From a virus (taxonomy: Duplodnaviria > Caudoviricetes), in the IMG/VR virus record IMGVR_UViG_2740892280_000002, positions 1-64,000 of that record: DNA of 64,000 nucleotides. One strand, given 5' to 3'. Positions 18,912 through 27,634 of this stretch are shown piece by piece. Numbering within the stretch: position 1 is the stretch's first letter; each line of letters begins with the position of its first letter. A program made the translations under genes and the position numbers. The notes beneath the pieces are model-generated. The model did no database searches. It saw only the letters and a list, made by a program, of their open reading frames with translations, and was not told the origin of the DNA.

Positions 18912-20012
18912 GTGAAATTTGAAATCGGCAAGGAAAGCCTCTCGGCGGCAATCGGAATGATCGTCTCCGTCCTCGACAAGAAAGCGACCGTCCCGCTCTT
19001 CGGCATGGTCAACATTGTGTCATACCTCCCGGAAGGGAACAGCGATCTCGGCAAGATCGAATTGTATGGGACGAATGGGATCTCGGAGATCCGGACAACG
19101 CTCGAAGCGACGGTCGGCGAAGCTGGTCGGATTGCAGTCTCCGGGGAAGTCCTCGGAGGGATCGTCAAGAAGCTTCCGAGTAAACCGGTCAAGGTTGAGA
19201 TTGACTCAAGTATCATGAACGTCAAGTGTGGTCGCTCAAAGTTCAAGGTTACGACCTTGCCCGAGCTCGCTCCGAGCTTGATCGATATGAGCGATGCCGA
19301 AGTCGTCTTCAAGGCTCCCGAGGATTCGTTTATCCCGGCTCTCAAGATGGTTGCCTTCGCAATGTCCGACGACGCGGCGAGGCATTATCTCAATGGTGTC
19401 CATATCGATTTCGAGGACGGCAAGGCGAACCTTGTTGCAACGGACGGCCATCGTCTCGCTCGCAAGGTTATCGAGGTCGACGGCGTTCCTGGGAAAGCCT
19501 ACACGCTCCCGCGCCCGGCGGTCGACTTCCTCTCGAAGTATGCCAACGGCGAGGTAACCGTCTCCCTTTCCGCGAACAAGATCACGGTCGGCTTCCTCGG
19601 CGGGGTCTATACCTCGAATCTGATCGACGGGACCTTCCCCGACTATCGGCGGGTTATTCCGGAGACAACGAAAGAGGTCGCGGAGATCGACAAGGACGAA
19701 CTCTCGCGGACGATCTCTCTCGTTACGGCTACCTCGGAAGCCAAGACGCGGGCGGTCCGGCTCTCGCTTAGCGAGGGGACGCTCGTAACGAACGCGGCAG
19801 CGGGCGGGAACGAAGGCAAGGACGAAATCGAAATCGACTATGCCGGCCCTCCGATTACTGTCGGCCTAAACGGGAAGTATCTCGCGGAGATCCTCTCCTC
19901 GGTTGAAACGCCCGGCGTCTATTTCGGCGTCAACGATCCGAGCACTCCGATCAAGATCATCCCGACAGATGACGCGGCCTTTACGGCGATCTGTATGCCG
20001 CTTCGAGTGTAG
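18912..20012 (+). CDS. dnaN: DNA polymerase III beta sliding clamp
   Basis: 366 aa; RHYLNGV, VATDGHRLA, LIDGTFPDYRRVIP, GLNGKYL, ends ICMPLRV. Confidence 0.95.
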   Translation: MKFEIGKESLSAAIGMIVSVLDKKATVPLFGMVNIVSYLPEGNSDLGKIELYGTNGISEIRTTLEATVGEAGRIAVSGEVLGGIVKKLPSKPVKVEIDSSIMNVKCGRSKFKVTTLPELAPSLIDMSDAEVVFKAPEDSFIPALKMVAFAMSDDAARHYLNGVHIDFEDGKANLVATDGHRLARKVIEVDGVPGKAYTLPRPAVDFLSKYANGEVTVSLSANKITVGFLGGVYTSNLIDGTFPDYRRVIPETTKEVAEIDKDELSRTISLVTATSEAKTRAVRLSLSEGTLVTNAAAGGNEGKDEIEIDYAGPPITVGLNGKYLAEILSSVETPGVYFGVNDPSTPIKIIPTDDAAFTAICMPLRV

Positions 20013-20033
20013 CCAAAAGGAGAAGAATTGATC

Positions 20034-20168
20034 ATGAGAGAGTTTCTTCTTGCCGTAGCGGTCCTCGGCCTTGTCGCAACCGACTTTTACGAAGGCTGGA
20101 CGGTCGACGAAGGCGTAACGCTCGCAGTCGCCCTAATCGTAGGAGTGTTGATTTTCTTCGATGACTGA
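20034..20168 (+). CDS. Small membrane protein (44 aa, below ORF-track cutoff)
   Basis: MREFLLAVAVLGLV...LIVGVLIFFDD; RBS AGGAG. Confidence 0.5.
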   Translation: MREFLLAVAVLGLVATDFYEGWTVDEGVTLAVALIVGVLIFFDD

Positions 20169-20406
20169 ACTTTTCGATCTCGGCCTAGGAGGGGATTTAA
20201 CCCCTCCGAAAGCCTTCCCGGTCTACGGGCGGACTTCCTTCGGAGATCTCTCCGAATGCCCGTCCTGCGGCTTCAAAATCCCATTCAACGCAAAAGGCGA
20301 CTTCGAGACGCTCGATCTCTTCGGAGAGGCGAAAGAGGTTCCGACCGATTGCCCGGCTTGTCGCGAGGAATACGACGCGGGAGCCAATCTTAGGAGGATC
20401 CATTGA
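20161..20406 (+). CDS. Small zinc-ribbon protein
   Basis: CPSCG...CPAC; coupled start and stop. Confidence 0.55.
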   Translation: MTELFDLGLGGDLTPPKAFPVYGRTSFGDLSECPSCGFKIPFNAKGDFETLDLFGEAKEVPTDCPACREEYDAGANLRRIH

Positions 20407-20828
20407 TCGTTGATCATTACGCCAAGCTTACGGAAAAGCTCGCATCGGTTGATTGGGGGAAACTCCGAAACCAGACGCTTTACCCTGCGGAGCGAATTAT
20501 CGCTCTTAGGGACTCCGGCGGCTCTCTTGTCTACATCGCGGAGCTTTCCAAGGGATCGCTAGCAACCTCGGCGGATCTCTCCGCAAACGACTTTGAGACG
20601 CTTTTCAAAGACCCGGCAACGGTCCCGACCTGGGCGGCTACGGCGCTCCAAAAGCTTGGCTATATCGATCAGGATGACTTCCTCGGGATCGACAACGTCC
20701 AGCACCAGGCGCTCCGGGATTCAAGGATCAAGACAGCCCTTCGCCTTATCCGGTCTTACTCCGACTTGATCGGCGTTGAATTGACCGGAGAACAGCTCGC
20801 TCATATCGAGCGGATGGAGGGGAAATGA
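20403..20828 (+). CDS. Hypothetical protein
   Basis: Translationally coupled ORF. Confidence 0.55.
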   Translation: MIVDHYAKLTEKLASVDWGKLRNQTLYPAERIIALRDSGGSLVYIAELSKGSLATSADLSANDFETLFKDPATVPTWAATALQKLGYIDQDDFLGIDNVQHQALRDSRIKTALRLIRSYSDLIGVELTGEQLAHIERMEGK

Positions 20829-21976
20829 AGCCCTCCTACCGCGTCCCGACCGTTGCGGAGGTCAAGGCAAGGGAAGGCGAGAACGGCTACAAGGTCGCGT
20901 CCTTCTTTGCCGGTTGCGGCGGGTCTTCGTTCGGCTACCGGCTCGCCGGGTTCAAGGTCGTCTATGCAAACGAATTCGTAGAGGAGGCACGCAATGCCTA
21001 CGCCGCAAACGCCGGGGAAGGGACAATCATCGATGGCCGAGATATACGGTCCGTCGATCCGCAAGATGTACTCTACGCAGCAGACCTTGAGGAGGGAGAG
21101 CTTGATATCCTCGACGGATCACCTCCCTGCGCAAGCTTTTCCATGGCCGGTGCAAGAGACCGATTGTGGGGAAAAGAAAAGAACTACTCCGACGTCAAAC
21201 AACGAACTGACGATCTCTTCGATCACTATGTCCGGATGGTTGATGGAATCCGACCGAAAGTCTTCCAAGCGGAAAACGTCGCAGGAATGGTCAGGGGATC
21301 TTCGGTCGGACACTTCCTTAACGCCCTCGACGACTTCGAGCGAGCAGGATACGACGTTGAAGCCCGACTCGTTAATTTTGCATTCCTCGGATGCCCACAA
21401 AGTCGTGTTCGACTATTTTTCCAAGGCGTTAGAAGAGATCTGGTCGAAGAGTTTAATGTCCGGCCATCCTTCCCGAAGCCCCTCGGATATACCTACTCAA
21501 TCGCCGACGCCTGCCCGTGGGTTGTTCCCGATCTTGGCGATACCGTCGAACTAGATAGATCAGAAAGTCTGATCAATCAGGCTGGCATTGATTTGAGCGT
21601 CGAATTAGCGTCACGCATGGATCGTCAAATGACCGACCCGTCAAAAGCGTATGCGGTCGGCGAAGAATGGCTCAAACTCAAGCCCGGCGAGCAGTCGGAT
21701 CGGTTCTTCCAATTGGTCCGCTGCGATCCCGACAAGCCTGCGCCGACGATTACAGCGACGGGCGGTCACCCGTCTGCGGCCTCGGTAACCCACCCTTACG
21801 AGAATCGGAAATTCTCGATTGCTGAAGTCCGGCGGCTATCCGGCTTCCCTGACGACTTCGTCTTTACCGGATCTTACATGCAGCAGTTTGAACGCGCTGG
21901 GCGTTCGGTCCTTCCGTTCGGGATGATGCGGCTTGCCGATACCATCGAATCCGAAATCCTCGACAGGCTTGTCTAG
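20825..21976 (+). CDS. C5 DNA-cytosine methyltransferase-fold enzyme, candidate carboxymethyltransferase (CmoX-like)
   Basis: FAGCGG (I), GSPPCASFS (IV), AENV (VI), QSRVR (VIII), RLSGFPDDF (IX), motif X GRSV. Confidence 0.88.
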   Translation: MKPSYRVPTVAEVKAREGENGYKVASFFAGCGGSSFGYRLAGFKVVYANEFVEEARNAYAANAGEGTIIDGRDIRSVDPQDVLYAADLEEGELDILDGSPPCASFSMAGARDRLWGKEKNYSDVKQRTDDLFDHYVRMVDGIRPKVFQAENVAGMVRGSSVGHFLNALDDFERAGYDVEARLVNFAFLGCPQSRVRLFFQGVRRDLVEEFNVRPSFPKPLGYTYSIADACPWVVPDLGDTVELDRSESLINQAGIDLSVELASRMDRQMTDPSKAYAVGEEWLKLKPGEQSDRFFQLVRCDPDKPAPTITATGGHPSAASVTHPYENRKFSIAEVRRLSGFPDDFVFTGSYMQQFERAGRSVLPFGMMRLADTIESEILDRLV

Positions 21977-21998
21977 CTTGTAGCCAAAAGGAGAAAAA

Positions 21999-22178
21999 AT
22001 GATCTTGTTCGAATTCAATCGCTGGCGTCGTGCCATCGATCTCCGGAAGCGGCGGGCTGCTGCCGCGATCCGGGTTGTTGAGCATACGCGGGCTCAGCGG
22101 CATATCGCTGCTCAATCTGCATACGAATATTACGTCGAGCTCGCCGAGGAGCTTGATCAGGTAGAGGGGAGGGCCTGA
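21999..22178 (+). CDS. Hypothetical protein (59 aa)
   Basis: RBS AGGAG; coupled to the next ORF. Confidence 0.5.
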   Translation: MILFEFNRWRRAIDLRKRRAAAAIRVVEHTRAQRHIAAQSAYEYYVELAEELDQVEGRA

Positions 22179-22348
22179 TGATCAAACGCCTCAAGCGATG
22201 GTTTAAGCGCCGGGAGCTAAAGGATCTTCTCCGGATGGCCGTCGTCTACAAGTTCCGGGCTCTCCTAAACGGCGATCACGCAACGGCTAAGCGCTACGAT
22301 CAGATCGTAAGGAACATCCGACAAGAGCTCCGGGAACTCGAAGCATGA
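22178..22348 (+). CDS. Hypothetical protein (56 aa)
   Basis: TGATG and ATGA coupling on either side. Confidence 0.5.
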   Translation: MIKRLKRWFKRRELKDLLRMAVVYKFRALLNGDHATAKRYDQIVRNIRQELRELEA

Positions 22349-22719
22349 ACGGCGTTCAATTCGTTTTCGTCTTCGGCTCTAACCTTGCTGGCCGGCACGG
22401 CAAGGGAGCCGCCCTCTACGCAAAGCAACACTTCGGCGCGGAATACGGCGTCGGGGTAGGGCGGACCGGCAACGCTTACGCTATCCCGACAAAGGATAGA
22501 GAGCTCCGGACGCTCTCTCTTGAGGTTGTCGAGGAGGGTATCAAGGCGTTTATTGAATACGCCCGCGAGCGAGCTCGGGAAGCGCCCTATGAGATCTTCA
22601 TCCTAACGCCTATCGGTTGCGGGCTAGCGGGTCATGCTAAGGCGAATATCGCCGAGATCTTCAAGCGGCTCAGCTTGCCGGAAAACGTGCTCTTGTCGAA
22701 TACCTGGGTTACCGACTAG
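22345..22719 (+). CDS. Macrodomain-like phage protein
   Basis: FVFGSNLAGRHGKGAA...AYAIPT...TPIGCGLAG pattern of macro-fold proteins. Confidence 0.7.
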   Translation: MNGVQFVFVFGSNLAGRHGKGAALYAKQHFGAEYGVGVGRTGNAYAIPTKDRELRTLSLEVVEEGIKAFIEYARERAREAPYEIFILTPIGCGLAGHAKANIAEIFKRLSLPENVLLSNTWVTD

Positions 22720-22948
22720 GCCCTGCCCAAATCCCGGCTCTCGCGAGCGGCTTAACGAAATGCTCGCGGTTGCCGGTCAACTTCTCGGCGAGGGCGTCGA
22801 TAGCGTCTAGGACGTCTTGAGCGGCGCGGTACTCAGGCGATCCGATCTTCGCCTCGGTAGAGACCTGGATCGCTCCCGCTCGCCCTTCCTTGAGCCTCCC
22901 TAGGGCTTGATCGGTATGGATGACGCGGCGCTTTGATCGTTGCGACAT
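22709..22948 (-). CDS. Small antisense-oriented hypothetical protein
   Basis: MSQRSKRR...; RBS GAGAAG; only minus-strand ORF in this stretch. Confidence 0.5.
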   Translation of the reverse strand: MSQRSKRRVIHTDQALGRLKEGRAGAIQVSTEAKIGSPEYRAAQDVLDAIDALAEKLTGNREHFVKPLARAGIWAGPSR

Positions 22949-23079
22949 GCTAGCTTCTCTCGATTTGTGTTCACTATCTGTTCTAGTGCTCGCAGTCGCA
23001 TATTTCAACACTCAATCGCTTGACTGCCTCGGGTCGTTCAAGTAACCAAAACGTAGCCAAAAACGGAAAAGGAGATACA

Positions 23080-23676
23080 ATGAAAACCACCCATATGATG
23101 ATCGACCTTGAGACGCTCGGAACCGTCGCCGGGATGAAGATCCTCTCTTTCGCCGCGACGCCCTTCTTTGAAGGGGAAGGCACGCGCCTTGAGGTCGGCG
23201 ACCCTCTCTACCGGCGGATTGATCGGGACAAATACGCGAAGCCGGTCGAGGACCGCGAGAACTTCGTCAATGAGGATTGGCAGGAAGATTCGCGAACGCT
23301 CGCTTGGTGGGATCAGCAGTCCGAGGAAGCCCGGCGCGAAGCCTTCTCCGGGACCGAAGCGCCCGAGACCGCCCTTGTTGAGCTCGCGGCCTTTATCCGG
23401 CGGCACAAGCCGAAAACGGTCTGGTCGAAGGGCTTTATGGATCTCTCCATGCTCGAATACGCCTTCTACAAATTCGGCATCGAATGCCCTTGGCACTACC
23501 AGGCTCCGCGCTGCCTTCGGACAAAGCTCCGGACAACCGGCGAGCTTGGTATCGAGCCCGGTCACGACGTCCGGTGGAGCGAGGACTTTGTCGCCCACGA
23601 CCCGGTCTGGGATAACAAGCTCCAGATTGCCGAGCTTGAGGATCTCTACCGCTTCTCCGATATGGTCCTCGCATGA
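23080..23676 (+). CDS. DEDDh 3'-5' exonuclease (Rv2179c/exoVIII-like)
   Basis: HMMIDLETLG, WW..QS.EA, WSKG..D, CPW, HDP..D. Confidence 0.8.
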   Translation: MKTTHMMIDLETLGTVAGMKILSFAATPFFEGEGTRLEVGDPLYRRIDRDKYAKPVEDRENFVNEDWQEDSRTLAWWDQQSEEARREAFSGTEAPETALVELAAFIRRHKPKTVWSKGFMDLSMLEYAFYKFGIECPWHYQAPRCLRTKLRTTGELGIEPGHDVRWSEDFVAHDPVWDNKLQIAELEDLYRFSDMVLA

Positions 23677-24098
23677 TCGGAGCTGGCCCTAAAAAGCCGA
23701 TCCTCCCGAGGTCGATCCGGTCCCCTGACGATAACTTCGTCGGGGACTGCGTCGCAACAGCCCTATGGAATACCGGTGGCGTTGTCGTCGTCTCGGAGAA
23801 ATTCGAGCGGTCGAGAAACCTACTCTATGGCGCAGCCGAGGTCTTGAGCCGTTGCGAGATACCCTTTTCGTTCAAGAAGAGCCGTAACGCGATTACGATC
23901 CTGCCTGATAGCTACCGGATCTTCCTCGGCTTTTCCTACCTCGACGCACGGCCGGAAGTCTCGGTCGCCGGGACGTTGCGGGTTATCGTCTTCGATCCTG
24001 ATATGCCGAGCCTCTTCGGTCCTAGGCTTAACAGCTACCGGAGATGGCGGGAGTATGCCGAGGTACAGGATCTCAAGCTCGGGAGGGTAAAGCCTTGA
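23673..24098 (+). CDS. Hypothetical protein
   Basis: Coupled ORF in operon orientation. Confidence 0.5.
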   Translation: MIGAGPKKPILPRSIRSPDDNFVGDCVATALWNTGGVVVVSEKFERSRNLLYGAAEVLSRCEIPFSFKKSRNAITILPDSYRIFLGFSYLDARPEVSVAGTLRVIVFDPDMPSLFGPRLNSYRRWREYAEVQDLKLGRVKP

Positions 24099-24216
24099 TC
24101 CCGCTCTCCCTGATCTTCCCCCTATTGCCGACAGGCATCCCTGGCCGCGTAGGGTATCGCAAGCTAAAGGCGGAGGCGCTCTCGGCGTCTCCTGATCGTA
24201 GCCAAAAGGAGAAAAA

Positions 24217-24432
24217 ATGAGCATCGATCCGGAGGGAATGGAAGCCCTCAAGGAAAACGTAAGGAGCGGGCTTATGCTCGGGTTTGCAATCGGTCAGAAG
24301 ATCGCCTTGACGATCAAGGAATGCGCCGAGGACCCGGACAAATACGAGCCTGGGCTTATCAGCAAAATGTGGTCCGACGTCGAGGCAATCGACGAAGTCA
24401 TCGAAGCGGCAAAGGAGTCCGTAAGCGCATGA
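24217..24432 (+). CDS. Hypothetical protein
   Basis: RBS AGGAG overlapping an operator copy. Confidence 0.55.
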   Translation: MSIDPEGMEALKENVRSGLMLGFAIGQKIALTIKECAEDPDKYEPGLISKMWSDVEAIDEVIEAAKESVSA

Positions 24433-24593
24433 AACAGTCATTCAAAGACAAGCTCGAAAAGAGCGCTGAAATCGGAGCGACGCTCGGCGTTTGCGCAGCG
24501 GCCTTTGTCTTCGTCTCCGGCGCGATCTTTATCGCGAGCGCAGTCGCCGGTACTCCGGCCTTTATCATCCTCAAGATCTTCGGAGGTCTTTAA
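24429..24593 (+). CDS. Small membrane protein
   Basis: MKQSFKDK...hydrophobic stretch; coupled. Confidence 0.5.
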   Translation: MKQSFKDKLEKSAEIGATLGVCAAAFVFVSGAIFIASAVAGTPAFIILKIFGGL

Positions 24594-24919
24594 TGGCCTT
24601 CTTTGATCGGTTTAAAAACCCCGAGGGCGAGGAGCTTGAAGTTACCGGCCCGGACTATCCGGAGGGCTTCTCTTTGGCAAACCTCGAATGGGAGGAAATG
24701 CAGACCCGGTCGGTTAGCCTGATCTTCCGCGACGGCTCAAGGCTTGCTTACGAGCGGATCAAGTCGGTTGCCCAGGTTGCCGATTTCGTCTTTATCGAGC
24801 GCGAGCATGAGGGAAAGACGGTCATCGAGCGATACCATATCGATATCGTTGCATCGTTCCGGGAGACGATTACGCCGACCGTGCCCGAAGAGCCAATCGA
24901 CGGGGAGGGCGACGAATGA
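24593..24919 (+). CDS. Hypothetical protein
   Basis: TAATG coupling; MAFFDRFK... Confidence 0.55.
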   Translation: MAFFDRFKNPEGEELEVTGPDYPEGFSLANLEWEEMQTRSVSLIFRDGSRLAYERIKSVAQVADFVFIEREHEGKTVIERYHIDIVASFRETITPTVPEEPIDGEGDE

Positions 24920-25242
24920 GCGACGCTCCCCGCGTAACCCCCGGCGATATCGAGGCGGCGATCTCTTCCGAGCACTTCTTTACCGCGCTCGAAGGCGTTG
25001 ACGGCCATTTTAGGGGTGGCCCGGAGGCGCAAGCGATCAAGGACGCTAAGACCCTAGGGCTCCTGACGATCTGCGTCCTTGTCCTCGACAACGGCTTTAC
25101 GGTCCTCGGCAAGAGCGCTTGCGCGTCCCCGGAGAACTTCGACGCATTTATCGGTCGGAAGCTCGCACGCCAGGACGCGGTCAACCAGATCTGGCCGCTC
25201 CTCGGTTTCCGGCTTCGAGATCATATCCAATCGGCTATCTAG
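24916..25242 (+). CDS. Phage_gp49_66 family protein (Acb4-like nucleotide sponge candidate)
   Basis: RVTPGDIEAAI, LTICVLVLDNGFTVLGKSACASPENFDAFIGRKLA, IWPLLGF. Confidence 0.78.
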   Translation: MSDAPRVTPGDIEAAISSEHFFTALEGVDGHFRGGPEAQAIKDAKTLGLLTICVLVLDNGFTVLGKSACASPENFDAFIGRKLARQDAVNQIWPLLGFRLRDHIQSAI

Positions 25243-25247
25243 ATCCG

Positions 25248-25278
25248 AAGGCTCGCTCTAACCGGCGGGCCTTTTTCC
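25248..25278 (+). terminator. Intrinsic terminator
   Basis: AAGGCTCGCT/GGCGGGCCTT hairpin plus T-run. Confidence 0.65.
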
Positions 25279-25335
25279 TTCCCGCTCTTCTTGCTAGAAG
25301 TTGTGATGCGAAACGACTCAATCCGAGGGGCGGAA

Positions 25336-25686
25336 ATGGAAGCTTTCATTTATGCGCTAGCTGCGACCGCTATCGGCGGCATGACCGTCCTAGGCTACAA
25401 GCAGCCGAAACATTTCCATAGAATTGCACCATTTATCCTAATGGCAACACTCTCATACATTCTTGCGATTAGTATTAGTAGGATGGGGTTTGAAGAGGGG
25501 TTAAAGGCTGCTCATAAGATTTATGAGGTAAAGGGAGAGTTTAGTGAGGAGCCCTTCGATAGCTTTTATAATAAGCATATCTCTCAGATCGGTACGATCT
25601 GCCTTTTCGTATTCCCCTATACGTTTATCGTTTGGTTTTTTCCTGAGATATTTGATCTCAAAGAGGACGAGAAGCAGGGCAAATAA
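25336..25686 (+). CDS. AT-rich membrane protein, paralog A
   Basis: About 3 hydrophobic segments; similar to the next gene. Confidence 0.7.
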   Translation: MEAFIYALAATAIGGMTVLGYKQPKHFHRIAPFILMATLSYILAISISRMGFEEGLKAAHKIYEVKGEFSEEPFDSFYNKHISQIGTICLFVFPYTFIVWFFPEIFDLKEDEKQGK

Positions 25687-26045
25687 TGGAAACGTTCATA
25701 TATTCTTTGGCAGGGCTTGCAATCGTTGCTCTCACGAGCCTCGGATACAAGAACCCGAGGGACTTTAGCCGGGTCGCAATCTATATTTACTTGACGCTAT
25801 TCATGTTCATACTTGGCGTTTACGCTATAAGATTCGGATTTAACTCCGGTTTTCGCTCGGCGCATAAGATGTATGACGTTAAAGAGTTTCTTCTACCAAG
25901 CAAAATAGAGGAATTTTACGATCCGATTATAACACAACTAACCTACATCGCATTTGGTCTTATTGTTTGGATGACATTTGTCTCGCTCTTTCCATACATC
26001 TTCGATTTAGACGAAACCAAGAAAGACGAAACCAAGAAAGACTAG
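25686..26045 (+). CDS. AT-rich membrane protein, paralog B
   Basis: ME.FIY.LA...LGYK.P..F.R...GF..G...AHK.Y.VK...FP.IFDL shared with paralog A. Confidence 0.7.
   Translation: METFIYSLAGLAIVALTSLGYKNPRDFSRVAIYIYLTLFMFILGVYAIRFGFNSGFRSAHKMYDVKEFLLPSKIEEFYDPIITQLTYIAFGLIVWMTFVSLFPYIFDLDETKKDETKKD
26010..26042 (+). repeat. 15-bp tandem duplication
   Basis: GACGAAACCAAGAAA twice plus GAC, encoding DETKKDETKKD. Confidence 0.9.
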
Positions 26046-26049
26046 GCGT

Positions 26050-26079
26050 AAAAAAACCCGCTCCGAGGCGGGTTTCTTC
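26050..26079. terminator. Bidirectional intrinsic terminator
   Basis: A-run, AACCCGCT/GGCGGGTT hairpin, T-rich tail, between convergent blocks. Confidence 0.75.
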
Positions 26080-26313
26080 TTAGTCGGCAAGCTTGTAATC
26101 GAGCGTATCTTCACGGATCGGGTTCGCCTGTTTGAACTCGGCAACGGTCTCAAAGAGCCCTGTACGGCGACGGCACCACGGGTCTTCTCCGATAAACGTC
26201 CAGCCTTCCTTGAGGAGGACGTCGTGAAAGGGAACATCGCCGCAATCGTCGGTCAGGTCGTAGTCGGCGACAGCCGGGTGGTTTTGGATCGTCTTGGATA
26301 GCTTACGCGCCAT
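26080..26313 (-). CDS. Hypothetical early protein
   Basis: MARKLSK...; part of a coupled minus-strand array. Confidence 0.55.
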   Translation of the reverse strand: MARKLSKTIQNHPAVADYDLTDDCGDVPFHDVLLKEGWTFIGEDPWCRRRTGLFETVAEFKQANPIREDTLDYKLAD

Positions 26314-26530
26314 TTTTTTGAACCTTCTCAACAAACGCCTTGCCGATTGCGACCCACTGATCGAGCGTCATATCGACTAGGCAAGGGGTATAGACCGACT
26401 CCGTTTCGTAGATGCCGGCGGTTTCGAGATCGTCGTAGGAGAAGATCCAGTAGCTCTGCCCGATAGGCTTCCAGAGATCGAGGTAGGGCGAGCCTACCTC
26501 TTTCAGGATCTTCTTTGTGGTTAGTCGCAT
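26303..26530 (-). CDS. Hypothetical early protein
   Basis: MRLTTKKIL...; coupled. Confidence 0.55.
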   Translation of the reverse strand: MRLTTKKILKEVGSPYLDLWKPIGQSYWIFSYDDLETAGIYETESVYTPCLVDMTLDQWVAIGKAFVEKVQKNGA

Positions 26531-26733
26531 TTGACCAATCCCCGGCGGATGCAACGGGTAAGGGCAAGGGAAGACATCCACTTGATCCCGGCATCTTTGA
26601 TCTGGAGCATCGTTTCGTCGTCGAAGTTGTCGACCATCTTTACGAGCCGGTCGTAAGCCGGGGACTCGACGCCTACCCGGTTGATCTTGGCGTAACCGGC
26701 GCGGAGCTCGGCGATCTGTTTTTCGGTAAACAT
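26521..26733 (-). CDS. Hypothetical early protein
   Basis: MFTEKQIAEL...; coupled. Confidence 0.55.
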   Translation of the reverse strand: MFTEKQIAELRAGYAKINRVGVESPAYDRLVKMVDNFDDETMLQIKDAGIKWMSSLALTRCIRRGLVKCD

Positions 26734-26933
26734 CAGGCGATTTCCTTGAGCTTCTCTTCGGCGGCTTCGCGGGTAGGGAAGGGCTTGTAGCCGGGGTAAA
26801 GGGTCTTACCGTCCTTCTTGATCCGGAAGCCCTGGGAGACGATCTCGAAGCCGGTCGGGTCAAAGACCTGGGTAAGCGCAACCGTCGTTTTGCCGTTGCT
26901 CCAAGCCTTCTGCTCTACGATCTCGTAAGCCAT
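26733..26933 (-). CDS. Hypothetical early protein
   Basis: RBS AGGAAGAG; coupled. Confidence 0.55.
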   Translation of the reverse strand: MAYEIVEQKAWSNGKTTVALTQVFDPTGFEIVSQGFRIKKDGKTLYPGYKPFPTREAAEEKLKEIA

Positions 26934-26943
26934 TTTCTCTTCC

Positions 26944-27057
26944 TTACTTCGTGATGCCGGCGAGGCGACGGGCGGCGATTGCGGCGGGCGTATCCCGGAT
27001 GATGATCATTTGAGCGAGCTGTGCGTCGGTTAGCTTCTTGGTCGGGCGCTTGGTCAT
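26944..27057 (-). CDS. Small basic peptide (37 aa)
   Basis: First ORF after promoter 27086-27126; RBS GGAGAG. Confidence 0.5.
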   Translation of the reverse strand: MTKRPTKKLTDAQLAQMIIIRDTPAAIAARRLAGITK

Positions 27058-27085
27058 GTCGTTCTCTCCGTCGTTGTTGAGATTG

Positions 27086-27126
27086 ACTATAAGTGCCGTA
27101 GCCAAACTGTACAGTGTAAATCGCAC
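27086..27126 (-). promoter_or_regulatory. TGTACA-class early promoter with operator in the spacer
   Basis: GTGCGATTTACAC-TGTACA-N16-TATAGT; leader ATCTCAACAACGACGGAGA. Confidence 0.65.
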
Positions 27127-27159
27127 AAGAATTCTGTTTTTGTCGACAGGCTAGGGAGC

Positions 27160-27486
27160 TTAAAGCTCCCGCGCCTCTACGATCTGGAATTCCGACCAGG
27201 CACCGCGCTTTACGAAGCCGTCCCGAGCCTTCTCGGCGAGGTCGAGGCGGGCGGAGGTTGAGAGGATGACCCAAAGCGTCGTGTCCATCATTTCGATCTC
27301 GCGCTTGATTTCGGCGAGGCGTTCCGCCGGGTATCCGAGGGAAGTCATCTCGGCAAGCTCCCGCTCGCGGATCGCCTTGTAGACTTCTCCCGGACGGGCG
27401 AGGACGGCGTGGGAGGTTGCGCGTTTGGTAGAGAACGTTGCGGTTTCGCCGTTCGGCTTGGTAACTTCAAAGGTCTTCTTGGTCAT
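27160..27486 (-). CDS. Hypothetical early protein
   Basis: RBS GAGAGAG; leader similar to other early cassettes. Confidence 0.6.
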   Translation of the reverse strand: MTKKTFEVTKPNGETATFSTKRATSHAVLARPGEVYKAIRERELAEMTSLGYPAERLAEIKREIEMMDTTLWVILSTSARLDLAEKARDGFVKRGAWSEFQIVEAREL

Positions 27487-27634
27487 GTCGTCGTCTCTCT
27501 CGTTTGATGTTGATTACGTGTAGCCAAAAACAGAAAAGCTGACCAGTGCGATTTCTGAAAAACGCACATTGATTGCGCCGTTACCGGAATCGTGTACCTA
27601 ATACCGAGGGTTGAAGTTTGTTGAGGGGCGAGAA

